DNA of 64,000 nucleotides from Eledone cirrhosa (taxonomy: Eukaryota): positions 12,648,001-12,712,000 of the forward strand of contig OZ024756.1 of NCBI GenBank assembly GCA_964016885.1. Direction: 5' to 3'. The translations under genes were made by a program, and so were the position numbers. Position 1 is the stretch's first letter; each line of letters starts with the position of its first letter. Of the stretch, positions 1 to 13,730 are shown piece after piece. The notes beneath the pieces were generated by a model. That model was not told where the DNA came from, did no database searches, and saw only the letters and a program-made list of their open reading frames with translations.

Positions 1-637
1 TCACTACTCTGCCACTAATCTCAGCAATGGTTGGACATGTCATTACAATCACAGACTGGTCACTACTCTGCCAGTTATCCCAGCAATGGTTGGACATGTC
101 CTTACAGCCATAGACTGGTCACTACTCTGCCAGTTATCCCTGCAATGGTTGGACATGTCCTTACAATCACAGACTGGTCACTACTCTGCCAGTTATCCCA
201 GCAATGGTTGGACATGTCCTTACAGCCATAGACTGGTCACTACTCTGCCAGTTATCCCAGCAATGGTTGGACATGTCCTTACAGCCATAGACTGGTCACT
301 ACTCTGCCAGTTATCCCTGCAATGGTTGGACATGTCCTTACAATCACAGACTGGTCACTACTCTGCCAGTAATCCCAGCAATGGTTGGACATGTCCTTAC
401 AGCCATAGACTGGTCACTACTCTGCCAGTTATCCCAGCAATGGTTGGACATGTCCTTACAGCCATAGACTGGTCACTACTCTGCCAGTTATCCCTGCAAT
501 GGTTGGACATGTCCTTACAATCACAGACTGGTCACTACTCTGCCAGTAATCCCAGCAATGGTTGGACATGTCCTTACAATCACAGACTGGTCACTACTCT
601 GCCAGTTATCCCAGCAATGGCTGGACATGTCCTTACA
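1..637. repeat. Tandem array, 59-bp unit, ~11 copies, truncated by window edge
   Basis: Unit cactactctgccagttatcccagcaatggttggacatgtccttacagccatagactggt; variants recur in a 3-unit (177-bp) pattern. Confidence 0.95.
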
Positions 638-939
638 GACACATTTTATTGTGGTGCCTACGCTAGGGAAGTTGTCATCTCTTTGGTATAGTTCTCCCTG
701 GTCCTTTGTTTGGCAGGTTTTCTACGACAGGATGACCTTCCTATCATCAACCTCTTTACAGAGTGTACTGGGTGTGGTTATCAACTGGATCACCATACAT
801 ACTGTTTTAGCTGTTCCAGCCATCCAGCTGAGGCCATGCTGGGCCATGGGCAAGACTAAATCAAAACGGGTTTTTGTGAAATATCAGTACGTAGAGTTGT
901 TGTGTGAAGAAGAATTCACCCATCCAATGAACTGTACAC

Positions 940-1165
940 ATCATCATCATCATCATCATCATCATCACTATCATCACCACCACCACAACCATCATCACCA
1001 TCACCGCCATCATTACCACCACCACCATCATCATCATTACCACCACCATCACAATCATCACCACCACCACCGCCATCAGAATCACCACCACCACCGCCAC
1101 CACCACCACCACCACCACCACCACCACCACCACAACCATCATCATCATCATCATCAATATCAACC
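940..1165. repeat. (CAT/CAC)n microsatellite
   Basis: Direct reading; explains the poly-His/poly-Gly ORFs. Confidence 0.95.
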
Positions 1166-1212
1166 ACTATCCCCATCACAATAGCAGCAGAGGTCAGTTG
1201 ATAGCATCCTCT

Positions 1213-1428
1213 CAAACCCTTTAGCATTTAAACCGGCCATATCCAGCCAGAATTCTCTCACCTCTTTCTGTTCAAACTGGCTGTAACTGGCCACTCATAC
1301 TGATCTTAAGGTATTGTTCTCAAAATAAATAATATCAAAATATCGTAGATTCGATAATATTGTGAGATATTATGTGAGGTAAAGCCTTTACTGTGAAAAT
1401 ACAATAGTAAATATAGAGTAATGTAAAT
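1213..1428 (+). mobile_element. piggyBac-like MITE copy whose right part is expanded into a satellite
   Basis: Starts aaaccctttagcatttaaaccggcc; aligns with full copies at 5899-6112 and 53088-53304; right TIR missing. Confidence 0.8.
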
Positions 1429-2995
1429 GTTATGTGAGATATTATGTGAGGTAAAGCCTTTACTGTGAAAATACAATAGTAAATATAGAGTAATGTAAAT
1501 GTTATGTGAGATATTATGTGAGGTAAAGCCTTTACTGTGAAAATACAATAGTATATATAGAGTAATGTAAATGTTATGTGAGGTAAAGCCTTTACTGTGA
1601 AAATACAATAGTATATATAGAGTAATGTAAATGTTATGTGAGATATTATGTGAGGTAAAGTCTTTACTGTGAAAATACAATAGTATATATAGAGTAATGT
1701 AAATGTTATGTGAGGTAATTATGTGAGGTAAAGCCTTTACCATGAAAATACAATAGTATATATAGAGTAATGTAAATGTTATGTGAGGTAATTATGTGAG
1801 GTAAAGCCTTTACCATGAAAATACAATAGTATATATAGAGTAATGTAAATGTTATGTGAGGTAATTATGTGAGGTAAAGCCTTTACCATGAAAATACAAT
1901 AGTATATATAGAGTAATGTAAATGTTATGTGAGGTAATTATGTGAGGTAAAGCCTTTACCATGAAAATACAATAGTATATATAGAGTAATGTAAATGTTA
2001 TGTGAGGTAATTATGTGAGGTAAAGCCTTTACCATGAAAATACAATAGTATATATAGAGTAATGTAAATGTTATGTGAGGTAATTATGTGAGGTAAAGCC
2101 TTTACCATGAAAATACAATAGTATATATAGAGTAATGTAAATGTTATGTGAGGTAATTATGTGAGGTAAAGCCTTTACCATGAAAATACAATAGTATATA
2201 TAGAGTAATGTAAATGTTATGTGAGGTAATTATGTGAGGTAAAGCCTTTACCATGAAAATACAATAGTATATATAGAGTAATGTAAATGTTATGTGAGGT
2301 AATTATGTGAGGTAAAGCCTTTACCATGAAAATACAATAGTATATATAGAGTAATGTAAATGTTATGTGAGGTAATTATGTGAGGTAAAGCCTTTACCAT
2401 GAAAATACAATAGTATATATAGAGTAATGTAAATGTTATGTGAGGTAATTATGTGAGGTAAAGCCTTTACCATGAAAATACAATAGTATATATAGAGTAA
2501 TGTAAATGTTATGTGAGGTAATTATGTGAGGTAAAGCCTTTACCATGAAAATACAATAGTATATATAATGTAAATGTTATGTGAGGTAATTATGTGAGGT
2601 AAAGCCTTTACTGTGAAAATACAATAGTATATATAGAGTAATGTAAATGTTATGTGAGGTAATTATGTGAGGTAAAGCCTTTACCATGAAAATACAATAG
2701 TATATATAGAGTAATGTAAATGTTATGTGAGGTAATTATGTGAGGTAAAGCCTTTACCATGAAAATACAATAGTATATATAGAGTAATGTAAATGTTATG
2801 TGAGGTAATTATGTGAGGTAAAGCCTTTACCATGAAAATACAATAGTATATATAGAGTAATGTAAATGTTATGTGAGGTAATTATGTGAGGTAAAGCCTT
2901 TACCATGAAAATACAATAGTATATATAGAGTAATGTAAATGTTATGTGAGGTAAAGCCTTTACTGTGAAAATACAATAGTATATATAGAGTAATA
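1365..2995. repeat. Tandem array, 73-bp unit, ~22 copies, derived from MITE interior
   Basis: Unit ttatgtgaggtaattatgtgaggtaaagcctttaccatgaaaatacaatagtatatatagagtaatgtaaatg matches MITE segment at ~53222-53290. Confidence 0.95.
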
Positions 2996-3029
2996 TACAG
3001 TATTTATTATCCACTGATATCCCTATGTA

Positions 3030-3330
3030 GGTGGCAAATTGGCAGAGTGGTTAGAACGTCAGTAGAGTGCTCTGTGGTATTTGTTCCAGCTCTGCTCTTT
3101 GAGTTCAAATCCCGCCGAGGTCAACTTTGCCTTTCATCCATTCGAGGTTGATAAAAAAAAGTACCAGTCTAGTACTGGGGTCGATTCTTCCGCTATATAT
3201 CTTCCTCACTTCTTTTATCTCTCACTTTCTATTATTTCCTGGCAGAAATATCTACTGTATTCAGACCTGGGGAGAAGATGGGCTCCGCCAGGCTTTAAAA
3301 AATAGAAAAGAAAAAAAATGTGCCCTAGAA
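3030..3330 (+). mobile_element. tRNA-derived SINE (family D, long form)
   Basis: A-box-like tggcagagtgg, B-box gagttcaaatcc, core gccgaggtcaactttgcctttcatcc...gtaccagt shared with many copies. Confidence 0.75.
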
Positions 3331-4245
3331 ACACCATATGACAATATGACACCACTACGACTCCCTCACGAGCATACAGAAACACCATATGACAATATGA
3401 CCCCACTACGACTCCCTCACGAGCATACAGAAACACCATATGACAATATGACACCACTACGACTCCCTCACGAGCATACAGAAACACCATATGACAATAT
3501 GACACCACTACGACTCCCTCACGAGCATACAGAAACACCATATGACAATATGACACCACTACGACTCCCTCACGAGCATACAGAAACACCATATGACAAT
3601 ATGACACCACTACGACTCCCTCACGAGCATACAGAAACACCATATGACAATATGACACCACTACGACTCCCTCACGAGCATACAGAAACACCATATGACA
3701 ATATGACACCACTACGACTCCCTCACGAGCATACAGAAACACCATGTGACAATATGACACCACTACGACTCCCTCACGAGCATACAGAAACACCATATGA
3801 CAATATGACACCACTACGACTCCCTCACGAGCATACAGAAACACCATATGACAATATGACACCACTACGACTCCCTCACGAGCATACAGAAACACCATAT
3901 GACAATATGACACCACTACGACTCCCTCACGAGCATACAGAAACACCATGTGACAATATGACACCACTACGACTCCCTCACGAGCATACAGAAACACCAT
4001 ATGACAATATGACACCACTACGACTCCCTCACGAGCATACAGAAACACCATATGACAATATGACACCACTACGACTCCCTCACGAGCATACAGAAACACC
4101 ATATGACAATATGACACCACTTCGACTCCCTCACGAGCATACAGAAACACCATATGACAATATGACACCACTACGACTCCCTCACGAGCATACAGAAACA
4201 CCATATGACAATATGACACCACTACGACTCCCTCACGAGCATACA
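3327..4245. repeat. Tandem array, 51-bp unit, ~18 near-identical copies
   Basis: Unit gaaacaccatatgacaatatgacaccactacgactccctcacgagcataca. Confidence 0.95.
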
Positions 4246-4379
4246 CGCAAATAACACATCGTCATCGTCATCGTCTTCACGTTCACTATTCCATGTTAGC
4301 ATGGGTTGGATGGGACTTTTTGAGACGTTTTACAACTGGATGCCCTTCCTCACTCCAACCCTTTTAGTTGCTTCTTATG

Positions 4380-5756
4380 ACACAAGGATACAGTGTACCT
4401 ATTCTAAACTGGGTATACATGGTGTTACAACGCAGGGATACAGTGTACCTATTCTAAACTGGGTATACATGGTGTTACAACACAGGGATATGGTGTACCT
4501 ATTCTAAACTGGGTATACATGGTGTTACAATACAGGGATATGGTGTACCTATTCTAAACTGGGTATACATGGTGTTACAACGCAGGGATATGGTGTACCT
4601 ATTCTAAACTGGGTATACATGGTGTTACAACGCAGGGATATGGTGTACCTATTCTAAACTGGGTATACATGGTGTTACAACACAGGGATATGGTGTACCT
4701 ATTCTAAACTGGGTATACATGGTGTTACAACGCAGGGATATGGTGTACCTATTCTAAACTGGGTATACATGGTGTTACAACGCAGGGATATGGTGTACCT
4801 ATTCTAAACTGGGTATACATGGTGTTACAACACAGGGATATGGTGTACCTATTCTAAACTGGGTATATATGGTGTTACAACAAGGATACAGTGTACCTAT
4901 TCTAAACTGGGTATACATGGTGTTACAACACAGGGATATGGTGTACCTATTCTAAACTGGGTATACATGGTGTTACAACACAGGGATATGGTGTACCTAT
5001 TCTAAACTGGGTTTACATGGTGTTACAACACAAGGATACAGTGTACCTATTCTAAACTGGGTATACATGGTGTTACAACACAGGGATATGGTGTACCTAT
5101 TCTAAACTGAAAATACATGATGTTACAACACAGGGATATGGTGTACCTATTCTAAACTGGGTATACATGGTGTTACAACACAGGGATATGGTGTACCTAT
5201 TCTAAACTGGGTTTACATGGTGTTACAACACAAGGATACAGTGTACCTATTCTAAACTGGGTGTACATGGTGTTACAACACAGGGATATGGTGTACCTAT
5301 TCTAAACTGGGTATACATGGTGTTACAAAACAGGGATATGGTGTACCTATTCTAAACTGGATATTTATGGTGTTACAACACAGGGATATGGTGTACCTAT
5401 TCTAAACTGGGTTTACATGGTGTTACAACACAGGGATATGGTGTACCTATTCTAAACTTGCTATACATGGTGTTACAACACAGGGATATGGTGTACCTAT
5501 TCTAAACTGGGTATATATGGTGTTACAACACAAGGATACAGTGTACCTATTCTAAACTGGGTATACATGGTGTTACAACACAGGGATATGGTGTACCTAT
5601 TCTAAACTGGGTATACATGGTGTTACAACACAAGGATACGGTGTACCTATTCTAAACTGGGTATACATGGTGTTACAACACAGGGATACTGTGTACCTAT
5701 TCTAAACTGGGTATACATGGTGTTACAACGCAGGGATATGGTGTACCTATTCTAAA
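4380..5756. repeat. Tandem array, 50-bp unit, ~28 copies
   Basis: Unit cagggatatggtgtacctattctaaactgggtatacatggtgttacaaca. Confidence 0.95.
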
Positions 5757-5829
5757 AACCGGGGTTACACAAGATAAGTAACAACATAGTAGAACACAAA
5801 TACTTTAAATTCAAAAATCAATCATAAAC

Positions 5830-6260
5830 AGTTCTAACATTTTCCTCACAGGGCCATCAATTTAGAGAGAGGGGAGTTGATTATATTGACCCCAGTACTT
5901 AAACCCTTTAACATTTAAACCGGCCGTATCCAGTCAGAATTTTCTCACCTTTCCTGTTCAAACCGGCTGTAACCAGCCACTCATACTTATGTTAAGGTAG
6001 TTCTCAAAATAGATGATATCAAAATCTCATAGATTCAATATTATGTGAAATAAAGTGTTTACCATAAAAATACAATAGTATATAGAGAGTAATGTAAATG
6101 GTAAAGGGTTAACTGGTAGGTTATCTTTTCAATACTGGGAGGATGAAAAGCAAAAAACTGACTTTGGTGGGATTTGAACTCACAATGTAGAAAGTCATAA
6201 CTAAATACCACAAAGCATTTTGTCTGATGCACTACCGATTCTGCCAGGTCACTACCCTTA
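5830..6260 (-). mobile_element. SINE family D, interrupted by a MITE at TTAA
   Basis: gaccccagtac-TTAA-[MITE]-TTAA-ctggt...ggatgaaaagc...gatttgaactc. Confidence 0.75.
5899..6112 (+). mobile_element. piggyBac-like MITE (~210 bp), TTAA-flanked
   Basis: TTAAaccctttaacattt ... aaatggtaaagggTTAA terminal inverted repeats. Confidence 0.85.
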
Positions 6261-6344
6261 GTTATTAATAATTCTTTCTAACATTTTCAACACAAGGCTA
6301 GCAATTTGAAAGAAGGAGAAAGCCAATTATATCAGACCCCAATA

Positions 6345-6680
6345 TGGTGGATTGGCAGTATTGGTAGAGGGCCGGACGCCATGCTTTCCAGCATACTTAC
6401 GTCCCTTTACGATCTGAGTTCAAATCCCGCCGAGGTTGACTTTGCCTTTCATCCTTACGGGGTCGATAAAATAAAGTACCAGTAATGAACTGAGTTATTG
6501 CTGGCCTTGTGCCTAAAGTAGAAACAAATATTTAACTGCCACTTTATTTCATCGACCAAGAATAGAAGGATGAAAGGCAACATTGACCAATTCAGGGCTT
6601 GAACTCAGAACATAGTTATAACTAAATACCACAAAGCATTATGTCCGACATTTCACCAATTCTGTCATTTTCACCTCCTT
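6345..6680. mobile_element. Two family-D SINEs in opposite orientation (+ 6345-6530, - 6535-6680)
   Basis: gagttcaaatcccgccgaggttgactttgcctttcatcc and its reverse complement. Confidence 0.7.
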
Positions 6681-6726
6681 TGTCAATCATTATATATATA
6701 TATATATATACATGCACACACATAAA

Positions 6727-7062
6727 GGCACATGGCTTAGTGGTTAGAGCATTGGCCTTGCAATCGAAAGGTTGTGAATTCAATTCTCAGACCAGGTGAT
6801 GTGTTGTTTCCTTGAGCAAGACACTTTATTTCACATTACTCCAGTTCACTCGGCTGTAGAAATGAGATGATAGGACTGGGGTCCCTATCATTCCACTGTA
6901 GAGTGGTCGTGCAGGTGCCACGGCCAAATAAAAAGCACCCAGCACTCACTGTAAATGAGGTTGGTGTTAGGAAGGGCATCCAGCTGTAGAAATCAAGCCA
7001 GAATCAGTTCCCATCCCACCCTTGCAAGCAGAGAAAAGCAGACGTAAAATGAAATGATGAAA
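6727..7062 (+). mobile_element. tRNA-derived SINE family A with RTE-type tail
   Basis: A box tggcttagtgg, B box-like gaattcaattc, ccttgagcaagacactt core, tail cccttgcaagcagagaaaagcagacgtaaaatga. Confidence 0.85.
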
Positions 7063-7389
7063 TGATATATATATGTCTGTCTGTATGCAGGCGATGCATT
7101 TCCACAGTTTCCATCCAATATTGTTCAAATTTAATACAAAGGTGTTTAACTTCCAGAGCAAGTCAATATATAGATTAAATCTTTCTCTCCCCTAAAATAG
7201 AGTTCTGGGGCTATTTAAAGACAGCCATGTTGAGGAGAGAGGGGTTAAGGTTTACAGTGGTGAAAGGTGTGCCCAGCAACTGGTATACCATGTCATGCTT
7301 CACTGATTTCCAGTGGCCCACCTGGAGCATGTCATACTTTAGTGATGGCCCACCTGCGTTTTGGTGCTTTGTGCGATGAGTGTGTTGAT

Positions 7390-7660
7390 TCAATAAATGA
7401 AATTACCTGCTCATGGAATTAGCGTGCAAGTGACTGAGCATTCCACACTTAATGTAGTTTTCAGGGAGATTCATCATGGCATAAGGTGTGAGAAGGCTAG
7501 CCTTCTTGAATTACAGGCACAACACATCTTTGCCAGCTGAATAGACTGAAGTGACGTAAAAATAAAGAGTCTTGCTCAAGGACAGAGTACATCACCCAGA
7601 CCGGGAATTCAACCCTCAACCTTATGATTCTGAGGTGAACATATTTACCACTAAGCCACA
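7390..7660 (-). mobile_element. tRNA-derived SINE, family-A-like head with different body
   Basis: Reverse-complement head accactaagccac and core tcttgctcaagg. Confidence 0.65.
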
Positions 7661-8065
7661 CACACTCTCACTAAGATAGCATAGAAAATACGTAACGGCA
7701 AAAACAATATGAAGAAAAGACAACAATAACAACAACAACAAAATCTAACAAACAAATCAACAAAAAAAACTAAAAAAAACAGCAAACAACTAAAGAGATG
7801 TGACCAAACATGTACAGTTGAAACTCAGCCCATTCAATATTTTAGAACAACAACCTGATTAACAATCAGTGATCCTCACTCTTAATAATCAATATCAATC
7901 TTATATTTTTCTTCTTCTCCACAAGCAGAGCAGCTCAAACAGCACCTTACATATTTCTTTGTAGTATTTCAAATATTAAATGTTCAATGCATGTTGTTCA
8001 AATGTAACCAGAAAGAAGATAATCCATCACCCGGTTTAACACCACTGCATGACCCTTGGCTGCCT

Positions 8066-8266
8066 TTAACCTTTTACATTATATTTACTATTGTATTTTC
8101 GCAGTAAAGGCTTTACCTCACATAATATTGGATCTATCAGATTTTGATGTTATTTATTTTGAGAACAATACCTTAATGTCAGTATGAGTGGCCGGTTAAG
8201 ACTGGTTTGAACAGAAAGAGGTGAGAGAATTCTGACCAAATATGGCCGGTTTAAATGCTTTAAGGG
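8066..8266 (-). mobile_element. piggyBac-like MITE copy
   Basis: Reverse complement of the 5899-6112 family. Confidence 0.75.
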
Positions 8267-8869
8267 AGTCCACTCAGGTTGCAAGGATTCAAAGCAAATC
8301 TTCTGTCTGGAGATAACCTCTTCTCCTTACAAGTCTCAAAGGCTCTACAAAGGATTAGCAACATTTCCCTCCCTCCAAACTAAACCATTAGCAATTAAAT
8401 AGTAAAAACACAAAGAAAACACCAACAAAAAATCTCACAATGTAAAAAAACCCTAAATTGTTTCAGCTCTATCTTCTTCCTGTTAAATTATTCTCTGCAA
8501 TGTTATAAACCTCACATTTCATATTCAAAATCTCCCGTGTCTATAGTTGTTGAATAACACCAACAACTACAGCAACAAGAACTACATTGAATAAAGTAAA
8601 CAAGAAAAACAAACCTCAGAAACATTCATTGCTTGATCTTCCGTTCATATTTAATTCCAGCTCTCCAAACCTTCATTCATCGTCGTTGCTGTTTCTTAGT
8701 GTTTGACTGAGTTTGAGAGGGTCCTGAGCTACAGACACGACCCTTTTTCACTTTTACGTTGAACCTTCTAATTTCCAGTGTGTGTGTGTGTGTGAGTGTG
8801 TGTGTGTATATATATATAAGTATATATCTATATAAATATATATATATATGCATATATGTGTGTGTTTTC

Positions 8870-8909
8870 TGCTAGATTCTATAGCAGTGTTGCTACGACA
8901 CTGCAGCAG

Positions 8910-8946
<37 letters not shown>

Positions 8947-9273
8947 ACAGCTGCTATGTCGTTGACATTGTTCTTGTACAATTTACAGCCTACAAGCACT
9001 GCACTGATGTTGCTGCTATTGTTGTATCTAGTTCACTGCTGCTGATCTTATTGACATTGTTCTTGTTATTCTAGTTACTGTCGCTACTGCTCCTGCTACT
9101 CTTGTTATTGTTGTCACAGCTAGTTCTTCTCTACTCCTGCTGCTGCTGCTGCTGCTGCTTGTTGTTCTTCTTATAGCTGCTGCTGCTCTTCTTTGTTGTA
9201 GCTACTGCCACCACTACTACTACTATTACTATTACTACTACTACTACTACTACTACTAACTGTTGTTTTTGTA

Positions 9274-9304
<31 letters not shown>

Positions 9305-9540
9305 ACTGTTGTTTTGTAATTACTACTACTACTACTACTACTAACTGTTGTTTTTGTAACTACTACTACTACTACTACTACTACTAACTGTTGTTTTTGT
9401 AACTACTACTACTACTACTACTACTAACTGTTGTTTTTGTAACTACTACTACTATAGCTATAGTTGTTGTGGCTAGTTCACCACTACTACTACTACAACT
9501 ACTATAACAATAGCAATAGTTGTTGTTGTTGTGGCTAGTT

Positions 9541-9572
<32 letters not shown>

Positions 9573-12500
9573 TAGCTGTAGTTGTTACTATGGTTGTTGT
9601 TGTTGCTATTGTTGTCACTATGGCTGTTGTTGTTGTTGTTGTTGTTACTATGGTGGTTGTTGTTGGTGAAACTAGTTGACCACTACTACTACTACTACTG
9701 CTACAGTTGCTATGGTTGATGAAGCTGTTGTTGTTACTATGGTTGTTGTTGTTGTTGTTGTTGTTACTATGGTTGTTGTTGTTGTTGTTGTTGTTACTAT
9801 GGTTGTTGTTGTTGTTGCTGAAGCTAGCCTACTACCACCACCACCACTACTACTACTATATTTAATGGTGTTATTGTTCTTGTTACCAGCTAGTCCACCC
9901 CCACCACTACTACCACCACCACCACCACTACTACCAGTACCACCACCACCACCACCACCACTACCACCACTACTACCAGTACCACCACCACCACTACCAC
10001 CACTACTACCAGTACCACCACCACCACCACCACCACTACCACCACTACTACCAGTACCACCACCACCACCACCACCACTACTACCAGTACCACTACCACC
10101 ACCACCACCACCACTACTACCAGTACCACTACCACCACCACCATTACTATCAGTACCACCACCACCACCACCACCACTACCACCACTACTACCAGTACCA
10201 CTACCACCACCACCACTACCATTACTATCAGTACCACCACCACCACCACCACCACCACCACTACCACCACTACTACCAGTACCACCACCACCACTACCAC
10301 CACTACTACCAGTACCACTACCACCACCACCACCACCACTACTACCAGTACCACTACCACCACCACCACCACCACTACTACCAGTACCACCACCACCACC
10401 ACTACTACCAGTACCACTACCACCACCACCACCACTACTATCAGTACCACCACCACCACCACCACTACTACCAGTACCACTACCACTACCACCACCACCA
10501 CCACTACTACCAGTACCACTACCACCACCACCACCACCACCACCCCTACTATCAGTACCACCACCACCACCACCACTACTACCAGTACCACCACCACTAC
10601 TACCAGTACCACTACCACCACCACCACCACCACCACCACTACTATCAGTACCACCACCACCACCACCACTACTACCAGTACCACCACTACCACTACCACC
10701 ACCACCACCACTACTACCAGTACCACCACCACCACCACCTCCACTACCACCACCACCACCACTACTACCAGTACCACCACCACCACCACCTCCACTACCA
10801 CCACCACCACCACTACTACCAGTACCACCACCACCACCACTACTACCAGTACCACCACCACCACCACCACCACCACTACTATCAGTACCACCACCACCAC
10901 CACCACTACTACCAGTACCACCACCACCACCACCACTACTACTACCAGTACCACTACCACCACCACCACCACCACCACCTCCACTACCACCACCACCACT
11001 ACTACTACCAGTACCACTACCACCACCACCACCACCACCACCTCCACTACCACCACCACCACTACTACTACCAGTACCACTACCACCACCACCACCACCA
11101 CCACCTCCACTACCACCACCACCACTACTACTACCAGTACCACTACCACCACCACCACTACTATGGTTGATGTTGTTCAAAGCAAGTTCAGTGCTTCTAT
11201 GGTAGTTGTTGTTGTTGTTAACTCACTGCTGCTGCAGTTGCTGCAGGTGGTGTCACTGTTATTCTTCTTCTTGTTCACAGCTGCTACTACTACTACTACT
11301 ACTGCTGCTACTACTGCTACTACTACTACTACTGTCTTTGTTGTTGTAGCTGGACTACTACTACTACTACTACTACTACTAGTGTCTTTGTTGTTGTAGC
11401 GGGACTACTACTACTACTACTGTCTTTGTTGTTGTAGCTGGACTACTACTACTACTACTACTAGTGTCTTTGTTGTTGTAGCGGGACTACTACTACTACT
11501 ACTGTCTTTGTTGTTGTAGCTGGACTACTACTACTACTACTGTCTTTGTTGTTGTAGCTGGACTACTGCTACTACTACTACTACTACTACTACTGTCTTT
11601 GTTGCAGTAAGTCCACCAACACCCCCACCACCACCACCATTGATCTGTCTTTGTTGTTGCAGTTAACCCACCATTGCTACTACCACTACCACTACTCAGG
11701 CTGTCTTTGTTGTTGTAGCTATTCCACCACCACCACTACTACTACTATGTCTGTCTTTGTTGTTGCAGTTAGCCCCCACTACCACCAACACAACTATAAC
11801 CACCACCACCACCACCACACCATCACCAACACTACTAACCCCCCCCCCTACTTCTACCCCATCACCACCACCACCACCACTACCCCATCACCACCACCAC
11901 AACTACCCCCATCACCACCACCAACACAACTACCCCCACCACCCCATCACCACTTCTACCCCACACCACCACCCTCACCCACCCCACCACCACCACCACC
12001 ACACAACCACCACTACCCCATTACCACCACCACCACCACCACCACAACTACCCCCCACTACAGCTAGGTAATAGATATGGTTGTTGTTGTTGTTGCCAGC
12101 TCACTGCTGCTGCTGCTGTTGTTGTTGCCAGCTCACTGCTGCTGCTGCTGTTGTTGTTGCCAGCTCACTGCTGCTGCTGCTGCTGTCACTTATTCTTGTT
12201 GCTGTTCTTGTTGTTTTAAATAGCCCACTGCTACTGCTGCTGTTGTTATTATTGTTGCCAGCTCACTATTGCTGCTGCTGCTGCTGTTGTTTTCACAAGC
12301 TCACTGCTGCTGCTGCTGCTGCTGTTGTTATTGTAGGAGTTAGTTCACTGCTGCTGTTGTTGTTGTTGTTGTTGTTTTCACAAGCTCACTGCTGCTGCTG
12401 TTGTTGTTGTTGTTTTCACAAGCTCACTGCTGCTGCTGTTGTTATTGTAGGAGTTAGTTCACTGCTGCTGCTGTTGTTGTTGTTGTTGTTGTTTTCACAA

Positions 12501-13304
12501 GCTCACTGCTGCTACTACTGCTGCTGCTGTTGCTATTGTAGGAGTTAGTTGACTGCTGCTGCTGCTGCTATTGTGATTGCTGCTGCTGTTGTTGTTGTTG
12601 TTGTTGTTGTAGTAGCTAGATCACATCCATTGTTCTTGTACAACAATATAATTCAATTGTTATTGTTACAACCACATCTTCTGTTTTGGAGCGGAGGGTG
12701 GAGTGGGGTACTGCTTGATGGTGGTGATGGTGATGATGGTGGTGGTGGTAGTGATGGTGATGGTGGTGATGATGATAGTGATGATGATGGTGGTGGTGGT
12801 GGTGATGATGATAGTGATGATGATGGTGGTGGTGGTGGTGGTGGTGATGGTGATGATGGTAATGGTGATGGTGGTGATGGTGGTGGTGGTGATGATGGTA
12901 GTGATGGTAATGATGGTGATGATGGTGATGATAGGTGGTGGTGATGGTGGTAATGATGGTGATGGTGGTGGTAGTGACGGTAATGATGGTAAAGGTGATG
13001 ATGATGGTGATGGTGATGATGATGGTGGTGGTGGTGGTGGTGGTGGTGATGGTGGTGGTGATGATGGTGGTGATGGTGGTGATGATGATGGTGGTGGTGG
13101 TGATGATGATGGTGGTGGTGGTGGTGGTGGTGGTGGTGATGATGATGATGGTGATGGTGGTGGTGATGGTGGTGATGGTGGTGGTGGTGGTGGTGATGGT
13201 GATGATGATGGTGATGGTGGTGATGATGATGGTGATGGTGGTGGTGGTGGTGGTGATGGTGATGATGATGGTGGTGGTGGTGGTGGTGGTGCTGGTGCTG
13301 GTGA

Positions 13305-13338
<34 letters not shown>

Positions 13339-13653
13339 GATGATGATGATGGTAGTGATGATGATGATGGTGGTGGTGGTGGTGATGACAGTGATGATGT
13401 ACCCTGTTTACTAATACTATGACTGTTGTTGTTACTGTAGACAGAGCCTTGCTATTGTTCTTGTACAACTACACATCAATAGTTCTTTTGCTGTTGTTAC
13501 CAGCAGATGGTGGTAACAGTTTACTGTTGTTGTTGCTGTTGCTGTCATTGTTGTTGTTGTTGCTCTTGTTGTTGTTGTTGCTGTTGTTGCTGTTCTTGTT
13601 GTTGCTGTCATTGTTGTTGTTGTTGCTGTTGTTGTTGCTGTTGTTGTTGCTGT

Positions 13654-13686
<33 letters not shown>

Positions 13687-13730
13687 CATTGTTGCTGTTG
13701 CCATTGTTCTTGTACAAACTATTATAGCTC
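8870..13730. repeat. Composite trinucleotide low-complexity block A (GTT/CTG/ACT, CCA/CTA array 9830-11160, GAT/GGT array 12716-13398)
   Basis: Direct reading; homopolymeric ORFs in several frames. Confidence 0.9.

Noticed and set aside
3127-4254. 375-aa ORF with 17-aa repeat
   Set aside because: Begins in a SINE and consists of a 51-bp array with almost no synonymous variation
6727-6800. tRNA gene (also 25880, 39297)
   Set aside because: tRNA-like head continues into SINE body; no complete cloverleaf or terminator
9672-11205. Gly/Ser-rich or Pro/Leu-rich 500-aa ORFs
   Set aside because: Pure CCA/CTA/GTA triplet mosaic
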